From Narcine bancroftii (taxonomy: Eukaryota): a DNA stretch of 64,000 nt. The stretch covers positions 81,840,001 to 81,904,000 of the forward strand of contig NC_091477.1 of the NCBI RefSeq assembly GCF_036971445.1, in the 5' to 3' direction. Every line of letters begins with the position of its first letter. The first letter of the stretch is position 1. Shown one piece after another: positions 1-11,599 of the stretch. A program made the translations under genes and the position numbers. The notes beneath the pieces were generated by a model that did not search any database, had not been told where the DNA came from, and saw only the letters and a list, made by a program, of their open reading frames with translations.

Positions 1-1488
1 GAGCTTCTCAGGCAGCAGCCATCTGGGTCTAGCGTGCGGCAGGGGGTCATGTGTGGCAATGTGGTGAAGACCCCATGCTGGGGCAGGGCAGCATTGAACT
101 GAGGCTCTAAGATGGCAGGTAATTGGTGGAGGATCTCATCGAACTCATCTCTGGCGGTGGCTATGGTGGCGATTTCGTGCCTGCAGGCTTGTGCTGTGAC
201 CAGTCGGGTGGAGTGGAATATTAGGGCATTGACCAGCCTTTTGCCCTTCACGTCAACCACTAGACCGTGAGCTCTGAGGAAGTCGGCCCCTAACAGCGCA
301 GTGCCCACGGAGGCTAGGACGAACCTCCAGTGGAACTTCTTCTTCCCGTTCTGGATCTGTGCCCTGCGGGTGCGAGTCTCTAATGCTATGGGGGAAGGGA
401 TGCTGAGCTCAACCCCTGTGTCCACCAGGATTCGGCAGCCGGTGGATCTGTCCATCACATGAAGGAGGCTGTTTGTGTGGCCAGCCAACATAGTCATCAA
501 CGGTGGCTGGCCTGGTAATTTCCCTGAAACCCACAGGGCTGGCGGCACTTATAGGCTTGTGCTCCTCAGCACTGGTGGTAGAAACATCAGGTCAATTGCC
601 CTTCCTCTGGCTTGGTCTTGGGAATGGCTTGTGGTCAGCTGGCTCCTGCTCATGTCACCTGGTTGAGGACTGCTTTGTTCTCCCTCTTCGTGCGCCAGAG
701 GACATCTGCATGGGCTGCTGCTCTCCTCACGTTTGAGAATTCTTCATCTGTGAGGAGCAGCTGGATGTCCTCTGGCATCTGTTCCAGGAATAACTGGTGG
801 AAGAGAAAACAATGCTTGTGGTCTTCCACCAGGGCCAGCATTTCATCCATCAGTGCTGATGGACTACAGTCCCGAAGCCCATCTAGGTGAAGGAGCCTGG
901 AAGCCCGTTGCTGGGGAGTTAGCCTGAAAGTTCCAAGCAGCAGGTCTTTGAGGGTGGTGTACTTGCCCATAGCCGGGGGGGGTGGTGGATGATGTCGTCC
1001 ACCCTCGCTGCCGTATCTTGGTCCAGAGTGCTCAAGACATGATAGAACATTGTGGCATCTGAGGAGATGTTGTGGAGTTGAAATTGTGCTTCCACCTGCC
1101 TGAATCACGTTCTCGGTCGGTGGACCCAAAAGGGGGGATGCTTAATGGAGACAGCACTAACTTCTGCTGAATCCATGGAAATTTGAGTCCAGAAAAACAC
1201 TTGGGTTCGTCGGGGTCGCCACTGTGACGGTGTGAGCAGTGGAAGAAACACAGCCATCACGTTGAGGGTCATTAACGACTGTTTTTATTCAAATTCAGCG
1301 CGCCCCTATAAGGGCAGCATGAGCTCAGTCACCTGGTACGTTGTGACATCATAATCGTTGCCCAGGGTGCGCACTGGAAGGGATGCTGGAGTCAGAGAGA
1401 AACCACTGACTACACCATTTCCCCATGGCTGCCCCGCCACTTGGCAATACAAGCGGGGTGGTTCGCCATGAGGATGTGTGCCGCCACA
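1..1488 (-). mobile_element. Degenerate Gypsy LTR retrotransposon, CsRn1-like clade (5' LTR, PBS, gag, protease); runs off the window edge
   Basis: LTR at 1223-1488 bounded by TGTG...CACA. PBS TGGCGACCCCGACG (tRNA-Trp type) lies just inside it. The Gag remnant reads PSALMDEMLAL...LFHQLFLEQMPEDI. A Cx2Hx9Cx3C knuckle is at 533-586, and a protease motif ILVDTG is near 414-431. In-frame stops are present. Confidence 0.88.
1223..1488 (-). repeat. 5' LTR of the Gypsy element
   Basis: TG...CA termini, with AATAAA and a TATA-like box on the minus strand, adjacent to the PBS. Confidence 0.8.
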
Positions 1489-2195
1489 ATCTAATATTTT
1501 TCATTCTAAAAACCAATGGCTTTATTTGACCAGTTGCTGTGTGTTCATTGCTGAGTTATTCAAGATTAGTACTGAAGGAACTTTCAGTGGCTGACAAACT
1601 GATTTTACAAATATGGAGTCTCAATCATTATTGGATGACTGTAATCATAAAAATAATTAGAGGGAGTAAGTGGACAAGGTAAACAATCAGCAACAAATTC
1701 ACCTTACGGACGACATTATTCAAACCCTGAGGTTTCATCCTTCTGATTACACTGAACTACAAAGATTTTGCTTCCTGAACACTTTTGGGTATATTTTAAG
1801 GATTTTGGGTGATCATGAAAATCTCCTTAAAAATGTCCTATCACATATTTTTTTTAGATATAATTTATTTTTGCGACTTTCTGTCCTTTTTAACGTGCTT
1901 TAAGCTACAAAATCATGAAGTGCAATGTGTAATTCAAAATTTATTTTCTGCATTCGCACTTGGACGTCTTCCCCGCTGATCATGGTGCAGTCAATGACGA
2001 ACAGGGTGACAGGTTTCACCAGTGACACTGTGACCATGGAAAAGCGGCATCAGGACAACTAGAATCCATCAATGCTGGCCAACCGTTGTTGGGCACTAAC
2101 ATGAGAGGCATCAGATGCTGAGAACAAACAAAAATCAGTGGCATGACATTTGTAGGTCAGTTGAACTAATGCAATGTGGCAGCTTCATTATAAAT

Positions 2196-3670
2196 AAGTA
2201 CTTTATTGTCGTGTAAGAAAATGCAATGAAATTAAAAAGCACAATCACAGTACCATACAACATGCAAGAGCATATGAAAACAATCAAAGCAAGAAAGAAA
2301 AAAAGCAATATTAACACAATACAGAATACAAATACACTAATTGGTGGAGTTTAATTCTCAAATGGCTCTGGGATAGAAAATGTTCTTGAGTTTGTTCATC
2401 TATGATTTAATGGACCTGTATCGTCTACCCAAGGGCAATAAGTCAAACAGATGATAGAGCAAGTGAGTTGAATCCTTAAGAATATTCACTGCCTTCCCAA
2501 TACAACAAGATCAAAATAAATCCTCCAAAGGGGACAAGGAAAACCCCATGATCTACTGGGACGTATTGATAACCTTCTGAAGATCCCTCTCATCTGCTGC
2601 TGAACAGTTGGAAAACCTTACTGCAATGCAGTAAGTTCGCACATTTTCATTAGAGCAGCGAAAGAAGGACATCACTATCTTCTCCTGCAGATTAATTTTC
2701 CTAAGGATTCTCAGGAAATGGAGACGTTGATGTGCTTTCTTGATTATGGCGATGGCATCAAGAGTCCAAAAAAGATCCTCAGCCAAATATGTTCCCAGAA
2801 CCTTGAAAGTCTTAACCCTTCCCACAGAGTCCCCATTAATATACAATGGAGCTGGGGCCATACTATTTCTCCTAAAATCCATTATGAGCTCTTTCATCTT
2901 TAAAGAATTCAATACCAGATGGTTTGTTGAGCACCACACTGACAGTCTGTGGACTTCATCCCTATAGGCTGACTTGTCATCCCTTGAAATGAGCCCAACC
3001 AACCATCGTCATGTCATCTGCAAATTTTATGATGGTATTAGAGGAATACTCGGAGACACAGTTGTAGGTATAAAGAGAGTACAACATTGGGCTCAATGCA
3101 CAGCCCTGTGGGGAACTAGTGGCAAGTGTGAGAGTAGGGGAATAATGAGTGCCTATTTTTACAGTCTGTTTAAAAAGTCCTTAATCCATAGACCAATCGA
3201 TCTAGAAAATCCTAAGTCAGCAAGTTTACCAACCAGTCTGCTTGGAATAACAATATTAAAAGCATAACTAAAGTCTATAAAAAGCAGTCTCACATAGCAT
3301 CCCTGTTGTTCTAAGTGGGTTAATGGTAAGTGAAGAACAGTGGTAATAGCATCCACAGTAGACCTACTAGCCCTGTAAGCAAATTGGTATTGTTCAAGGG
3401 TGGATGGGAGACTGGCTTTAATGTGCTGCAAAACCAGCCTCTCAAAGCACTTCATAATAACTGATGTCAAAGCAACTGGACGATAATCGTTGAGGCCCTT
3501 GATAACCACCTTCTTAGGCAATGGAATGATTATAACAGCTGGATGATAGATTTTGACTGGGATCCATTGAAAATCTTTGTGTAAACCTCAGAGAGATGGT
3601 TCACACACTCCTTCAGTAGCCTGCCTAACAGGCCACAAGGGCCAGCGGTGTTTCTTGGGTTCACCACTTT
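2196..3670 (-). mobile_element. Rex1/Babar-like LINE, degenerate RT region and 3' end
   Basis: ORF fragments YRPVALTSVIMKCFERLV, QFAYRASRSTVDAI, YVRLLFIDFSYAFN and KKAHQRLHFLR; frameshifted. Confidence 0.85.
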
Positions 3671-6600
3671 AAGCACCCGTTTCTTCTCATGTTCTTGCAC
3701 AATGCGATTGAACATACTAAATTCAATAAAAGTTAGTTTCTCTAACTTACTACATGATACAGCAAATCTGAAATGATCTTTGTGTTCATCTTGAAGTTGT
3801 CTATCATAATCCTCTTTTTTTTTCAGGAAGCAAACCCTTTTGGGAAAAAAAATGTTGGCAAGTGTTCTGTTTGCCAGCTGCATATTTGTTTGGATACCAC
3901 AAATGGCATCAAATTTACTGCTGTGTTAGTATGGACAGATTTTATGTGGCACCAGGAGATGACGATGGTCAGGAGGTGGCCGCATCCCTTGGAAAATGAG
4001 CAAATGGTAATAGAGCATGGTAAAAAGGGGTTGAGGTAGGATGGGATAATATTGGCAGCTTGATGCCAGAAATGGAGAGAGGAAGCTGAGAAGGAAATGT
4101 TGAGTGAAAGTGAGAGGGGATGGGGAAGTGAGAGTGTGGAACAGGTCAGGATAAGGGAAATTGAAGTAAGTAAGACATTTTGAGTGGAAGGAATAAAGAA
4201 GGTGGGAGATTATCAAAGGGCCAGGGAACAAGATAGGTTAGGATTGGGGAATAAATGGATGGAGAACAGGCAGTGAATGAGGTTGGCTAGAAGGGTTAGG
4301 GTTAGATAATGAGAATAAACACTGAAGGTTATTAGGAAAAGGATCTGAGGAACAGGTTAGGACCAAGGTCTGTGTGCAAGAGAGAGAGAGAGAGCTTCCC
4401 TTTCAAAAACCTGGCATTTCTTGGCCATTGTACCAACACTTCATGCTGTCAGCCCAGTGTTAGCTGATGTACAGCGGTGTCTCAATATTAAAACTATCAA
4501 TGGCTGCCTTAGGAGGTTTGTCCTTTCCTTTGCCTCTATCCCAGTAAACACCCTTATCTGTCTCCGATGACCCCCTCAGTCCCTTTATTGTTTGCGTCAC
4601 CCCACCCCTCTTCATCATAACTTGTTCACAGCTATAAATTCTGATTCATCCATCTCTCTGCCATTCCTCTCACCAATATCCCATTCTTTCAGTCCCCTTT
4701 TCCCCAGACCTATCTTCCCTCTTCACCTATCCCACCCCCATCTTTATCCCCAGATCCAACACTCCCCGACTGACTACTCTGTTCTGATTTGAGGATGTCC
4801 TGCTGGCGTGGTTCCAGGCCAGGTTCAATCATTACCCTTCCTGGGAAGTTCCCATTTCAGATCAACCTCCCTCTGGTTCCTCCAGGCACCGGTGTCATGG
4901 CCCAACATCACTTTCCTGATCACTATCCCTTCCCACCCCCCCCCACCTTGCACAAAGATTGTTTCCACTCCAGATACTTCCCGCAGGCCCTGGTTTACCT
5001 CCAGTCTCAGCAGCATTACCATCCCCTCCAGTACCTACCAAAAACATACAAGCTGAAGATTATTTCCATTGTATCTGTTGTGTTTGAGCTGTAGCAGTTG
5101 ATTCTGATTTTGTATCTGTGCCTGTCATTAGCCTGCACGTTGGACAGGACCACAAAACCATCCACTGTCCATTGCAGTCTGTCTTTGTACTTTGGGTGTC
5201 GGTTCTCAAGCACGTTCATTCTCCGTGAAGTCAAGATAGCAAGAATTGGGGAGAGTCACTGAAATGTTACTTCATATTGATCTTGACATTGATTATGAAC
5301 AAGGAAGAGAACATCTTGTCCAACGGAGGCATCAATGGCTGTATTGGGATGGTCTGAGATTTCTGCGCCACCGAGTGTAACCAAATGGAGCACTAGGAAC
5401 AAGTCACAGGTGCATGTGTATTTGTTGATAAATGTTAATATTTTTGAACAACAATTACTGGTAGCTTAATCATTTCTAAAATATATTACCTGCAATCATC
5501 GCAAACATCTTCACATTGAATAAGTATTTATATTTAAACTACACCATCTGAGTTGTTTCATTTTTACAGTGGCTGATCGTAAAATAAATTTATCCGTGGA
5601 GCAAAATGAAATTGTTGAGCAGCAACTTTGCCCTTTTGTGGGAAACTACATTTCTCAAAAGTGGAGTGCTTCGATTTCATTTTTGATCAGCAAGGGTCAC
5701 ACCAATTAAGTCCAAAAGCGGTTGGTGAATGAAAATCCTCACTTCATTTATTTAATTATAGACAGCAAGGAACACTTCGGTCACTTTAAAAAAAAACACT
5801 ACACTTTACCTGTAAAGGCTGATCCAATGCAATAATTTCAAGGATGTTTGGTAACTTCTCATTTGAATTGGGCAAGGAACCTGTTGTTATAATAAATGAT
5901 TAAAAAAAATACTGATGCTGTTAATTTAAAATTAAACAGAACATGGTAACAAAAAGAACAGAAAGCCAGGCAGCAGTTGTGAACACAGAAAAGGTTTCCA
6001 GCATTTTTTTTGCCAACCTCAAGTGTGCTGATGCTGGTAAAGGAATTATTAAACTGCTGTTGAAAACTATTATGGTGAATCTCTGCTAAGCTGCTTGTCT
6101 CCCCTCTGGTGAGCCTTGCTGTACTAACATTGGCTGTGCATTATCTCTACCATTAAAGACACTCCCCTTGGGTATAACTGTGTATGCATCCATTGTCTTT
6201 CATTATTGTACCATAAGTTTCTGCTAATAAAAGCCATGAATATTGTTTGACCACATCATATTTGTCTACTTCATCAACTGGCACCACAACTATATTCTTT
6301 GTCAATGTCACCTGATTAAAATTGAGCCTCTGTTTGACCCTTGGAGAGATATCCAGTGAAGCAAGAAGCCAATGGATGAGCATGAAACCAGAGGGAGCAG
6401 ATACAGCAACATGGAGGGAAGTAAGTGGCGGATTCCCTCTCATCTTTTCGTCCGCTCATTATTGACTACGTTCAGTCATGAACCACTTACACAATTTCTC
6501 TGCAACACCTTCTGCAGAAATACATATGTAAATATTTTCAAATTTAGAGCATATATTACAATTTTCTGATTCCACCTTTAGAAAAATCAATGAAGGTCAC

Positions 6601-6849
6601 AAATACATATTCCAGGTGATTTTGCTGTGTGATTAGACATGATAATCTCATGGCCTCAGTGGAGTGGACCAATTTTATGCTGAATATAATTGCCAATGTC
6701 TTCTTTCTATCCAAAATGCCCTGTACTCAATAATAGTAATGGAATCCCCCATTATTAAACAATTATTATAACTACTTATAATCAGAACATGTTCTAAACA
6801 TTTTTTATGGGGAGTAGGTGCTGGTGGGTAGATCAAGTCTCAGACTGAG

Positions 6850-9400
6850 TCCATAGCATTCTCAAGCAGGAGCGGGAGGGTAAGCAGCCAGATGTGGCGG
6901 CCCACTTTGGTACCAATGACATAGATTAAAAAATGGATGATCTGAAGGTTGTGAGTTACGGAGGATGCTAAACCGCAGGACCTCAAGGGTGATCATCTCT
7001 GATTTGCTGCCTTTATATGTATCAGTGAGGATAGAAATATGAAATTATGGTGGAAGAATTGGTGCAGGGGTTCAAATTATAAGGGGTATAGATAGAGTAA
7101 ATGCAATTTGGCTTTTTCTACGGAGGTTAGGTGAGATACCAATCAGAGGACATGAATTAAAGGTGAAAGGGCAAAGGTTTAGGGGGAACCTTCACACAGA
7201 GAGTGGTGGGAGTGTGGGACGAGCTGCCAGCTGACATGGTGAATTGCAGGCTCAATTTTCACATGTAAGTACCATTTGGACGGGTACATGGATGGGAAGG
7301 GTATGGAGGGCTATGGACTGGCTGCAGGTCAGTGGGACTCAGCCAAATAATAGTTCAGCATAGACTAGAAGGGCCTGTTTTCTGTGCTGTAATGTTTTAT
7401 GGTTCTGTGGGTATTGTGTAATTAATGATGCAGAGTTGATAAGGGAGCTGGAGGTAAGAGAACACTTTGGAGGCAGTGATCATAATATGATAGAATTTGC
7501 TTTGCAGTTTGAGAGGAAGAAACTAACATCCAATGTGTCAGTTTACTAGTGGAATAAAAGGGACTTCAGAGGTACGAGAGAGGAACTGGCCAAAGTTAAT
7601 TGGAAAGGCACACTCGCAGGGAGGATGGCAGTGCAGCAAATGGTGGAGTTTCTGCAAGAGAAAAGCAAGGTGCAGGACAGATACATTCCAAAAAAGAAAT
7701 ATTTGAATGGAAAAATAAAACAACTGCAGCTGACAAAAAAAGTCAAAGCCAAGGTAAAAGCAAAAGAAAGGGCAGTCAAGAAAGCAAAAAAAATAGAGGA
7801 AAGATAGAGGACTGAGAAGCTCTTAAAAACATACGGAAGGCAACGAAAAAAGTTATTAGGAAGTAAAAGGTGAACTTTGAAAGGAAGCTAACAAATAATA
7901 TCAAACAAGGTATTAAAAGACTTTTTAAGTATATGAAGAGTAAAGGAAAAGGTGAGAGTAGATATCGGACCAATAGAAAATAACACTGGAGAAATTTTAG
8001 TGGGAATAAAGGAGATGGCAGAGGAACTGAAAGAATATCTTGCGTCAATCTTCACTGTGGAAGGCATTAGCAGTATACCAGACATTCAAGGGTGTCAGGG
8101 AGCTGGGGTGAGTGCAGTCACGATTACCAGAGAGAAGGTGAATAGTCTAAGGATCTCCCAGGTCAAATGGAATGCACCCTTTGGTTCTGAAAAATGTAAC
8201 CATAGAGACTGTGGAGGCATTGGTAAAGATCTTCCAAGAATCAATAGAATCTGGCTTGATTCCAGAAAATTCCAAGGTCATTCCGCCAATTTTAAAGGGA
8301 GGGAGGCATCAGAAAATAAATTATAGGCACATTAGCCTATCTATCATCAGTGGTTGGGAAGTTGTTGGAGTCGATTGTCAAGGATGAGATTATGGAATAC
8401 CTGGAGGTGCATGACAAGGTAGGCCAAAGTCAGCATGGTTTTGTTAAGGGAAAAGTCCTGCCGGACAAACCTACTATAATTTTTTTGAGGAAATGACAAG
8501 CAAGCTAGACAAAGGACATGTCGTGGATGTTGTATATTTGGACTTACAAAAGGCCTTTGACAAGATGCCTCATATGAGGCTGCCTAACAAAGTAAGATCC
8601 CATGGAATTATAGGAAAGATACGAGCATGGGTAGAGCATTGGCTGATCGGCAGGTAAAAGGGATCCTGTTCGGGTTGGCCACTGGTGTTCCACCGCAGTT
8701 GATATTGGAGCCACTTCTTTTTATGTTCCGTTAATAATTTGGATTGTGTAAATAAATAGCTTTGTGGAGAAGTTTGCAGCTGATACAAAGATGGGTGAAG
8801 GTAAGTGATGAGGAAATGCAGAGGCTGCAGTGAGTCAAATGAGGAGAATGGGCAAAGAAGTGGTCATGCACTTTGGTAGAAAGAATAAAAGGGCAGGCTA
8901 TCATTTGGGTGGGGAGAAAACTCAAAATTCAGAGTTGCAAAAGGACTTTTAAGTCACTGTGCAGGATACCCCAAAGGTTAATCTCCAAATTGAAATGGTA
9001 GTGAAGAAAACCAATGCCATTTAGGCATTCATATCTCGAGGAATAGGATACAAGAGCAGGGATGTGATGTTGAAGCTTTAGAAGGCACTGGCAAAGCCTC
9101 ACGGAGTATGGGGTTGCTGTTTTGGGCTCCTTATTTAAGAAAGGATATGCTGGCATTGGAGAGAGTTCAGAGAATATTCACAAGAATGATTCTTGGAATG
9201 AAGGGACTAACATATGAGGAATGTTTGACAGCTCAAAAGAATGAGGAGGACCTTATAGAGACAATTTAAATCTTTAAAAGCCTGGACAAAGTTGTTTCCC
9301 ATGATGGGGAGTCTGGAACAAGAGGGCACAACTTCAGGATCGAAGGATGCCCATTTAAAACAGATGTGAGGAATTTCTTCAGCCAGAGATTAATGAACCT
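6850..9400 (+). mobile_element. CR1 LINE remnant (ORF1 esterase fragment, ORF2 fragments), with a second CR1 3' end nested near 7080-7410
   Basis: AHFGTNDI-like esterase motif near 6900, plus EMAEELKEYLASIFT, QHGFVKGK and DVVYLDLQKAFDK, and a CR1-type 3' region. Confidence 0.85.
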
Positions 9401-9404
9401 CTGG

Positions 9405-9778
9405 AGTATTCCCTATGCCATAGATGCTCTGTGATTAGTAAGGGATTGCTTAAAGTGGTATGTGGGTGATAAGAAAATGTTTGAAAACCACTGTTTGAAT
9501 CATACCTCATTGACTTGATATGTGCACAGTTTCCAAAACTCCAAAGGAAATGGTCCAATGACAATTTTTCTCATGCAAAATATTTCAGTAACAATCGGGT
9601 CTAGAGCAGTGATTCTCAACCTTCCCTTCCCTTCCCACTCACATCCTTCTTCTTTGGCTTGGCTTCGCGGACGAAGATTTATGGAGGGGTAATGTCCACG
9701 TCAGCTGCAGGCTCGTTTGTGGCTGACAAGTCCGATGTGGGACAGGCCCTTACTAATCACAGAGCACCGATAGCATAC
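9405..9778 (-). mobile_element. Composite hAT-type MITE, reverse-oriented copy lacking outer ends
   Basis: Reverse complement of the elements at 14389 and 29885, with the shared spacer at 9494-9606. Interrupted by an RTE fragment. Confidence 0.8.
9646..9747 (-). mobile_element. RTE 3'-terminal fragment (about 100 bp)
   Basis: Near-identical to the start of the copy at 45481, including the (GAA)n tail. Confidence 0.9.
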
Positions 9779-10493
9779 AAGGTGGCTATAAAACCTTCAT
9801 CCAATGAAGTAAATCGTTATGATAAAACGTGCACAATGTTAAGGAAAACAGAATTCGTGCTCACGTATGCGCTTAGGGCTGTGAAAGTTTTATTCCCTCT
9901 GCATCGAAATGCATTATCTTTGTTAAAGGATTAAAGAAAAATTAAAGATGACAGTACCAACCTATTTAAATTTTCTGCAGCAGGACCCGGGGGTTACACA
10001 AGGTGGAATGGAATTTCATAATCGTTGACATTTTGATGCATTTAAAATTTGACCCTATTAATAACACGTTTTAAACTTTGACATGGAGCTTGGCCCTCAA
10101 GGAGCTTCGCCAATAATCGACTTTACAACAAGAAATAGCCCTCTCCTTTTGTCAGTATTCACAAGGCAATTGGGGGTGGGGGGGGGGGAGGGAAATCCAA
10201 ATAATTACTGTCATTTCCCTGCATGCGATAATAGCCCACGAATTAGCCGAAATGTGTTGACAACGCCTTACTTGTGGAAACACATCCAGCTCTCCCAGGA
10301 CATGCCTTTGGGAAGGAGGAACTTCCACTGCTGTTCAGTTGCACTTTCTGCGCGGAACATTGTTACAGTAGGAAATAATGCAAATTGTTAATGTTTGAAG
10401 TAATACCTTAATTTCACCAGAATAAACCAGAGTAAAAGCACTTCCCGACAAATGCAGTAGTTGTGGTTTAAAATAACACTACTTTTCCAGTTG

Positions 10494-10592
10494 ATGCCGG
10501 TAGAGGACCCATGATTCGGAGCCGAACAGGAGTGTGGGTATGACAAAGGCTCTGTATACGCTAATCCTTGTGAGGTTTTTCAGAAAGAAGAG
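10494..10592. mobile_element. Miniature 5'-inverted RTE insertion
   Basis: 10495-10583 matches 46063-46151 with 3 mismatches. It is followed by an AAAGAAGAG tail and flanked by ACTTTTCCAGTTG direct repeats. Confidence 0.85.
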
Positions 10593-11089
10593 ACTTTTCC
10601 AGTTGCGAAGTATGTTTGGAAAACTTACTCAATTTGCCTTGTAGAAGGAAGAAGAGCGGCTTCACCGGGTTCATTACGTTCTGCCACGGAACGCCAACTT
10701 TCCTCTTAACAATAAAGTTTGGTCTGGGAGGAAAACAAAATCTCTTACTTTTCAATTATGTTGGAATCTTCACTTTGTGAATTCTTGCCCAAATATTCTG
10801 GACCAGCACTTCTCTTTTAGGGAAATATCTCCGTCCAGCTTTTGTTAACCGTGTTTATTTCTGCATCGTATTGAGCTGGTCAGAGCTGGGATTGTGCGTG
10901 ACGTTTGTTCAATTCTGACCAGTCATACTTAAAAAATGAATTCTGATGCATTACATGACATCGACCTGGAGATTAAACAGAAACTGCTGGGTTTTTAAAC
11001 CATGGACGCTGCTAGGCAGCTTGCCCTGCAGGATTTTGAAACATCTGTTGGGAAACTGTTAATCCGGTCTTCCCTTTGTAGCCTTCTCG

Positions 11090-11345
11090 ACATTGGAGAG
11101 ACTGGGGGATCCCTTCGCTGAGTACTTTTCCCCCTGTACACATCAGTGACAGGGATCTATCAGTGGTCTGCCTCCCACTTCCATTCTCTCATGTCTGTCC
11201 ATGGCCTCCTACCATTCCACCAAGACCACATGTAAATTGGAGAAACAACACTTGATCGTCTGTCTCCAACCAGATGCTGTTAACATTGGCTTCTCCGGTT
11301 TCTGCTAACCTACTCGCCATTCTCCCTCCCTTTCCTTTACCTTTC
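11090..11345 (+). mobile_element. Penelope-like element fragment
   Basis: The motif AAATTGGAGAAACAACAC...CTCCAACCAGATG...AACATTGGCTTCTCC is shared with 32290-32380 in reverse orientation. Confidence 0.55.
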
Positions 11346-11599
11346 CCCAGGTCCAAGAGGCTGTCTTGCCTCAAGCCTTGTAGTCAGCATAGTCAGCCTT
11401 AGTAGCCACAGCACCAGTCCATGTTCATCCAGCAACTGAGGATATTACATTAGACTCCCACCAAAAACCTGAATACAATGTGTCGATAGGTGAAGCAGTA
11501 AAAATAAAACTCAGAGTCAAAGAAACTAAGGAAGACAAAATGGAGCAAAAACAATATCCTATCCATCTGGTTCCAAATCCTCGCAGACACCAGCAAAAT

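Noticed and set aside
6153-6443. 96-aa minus-strand ORF
   Set aside because: No recognisable domain or supporting exons.
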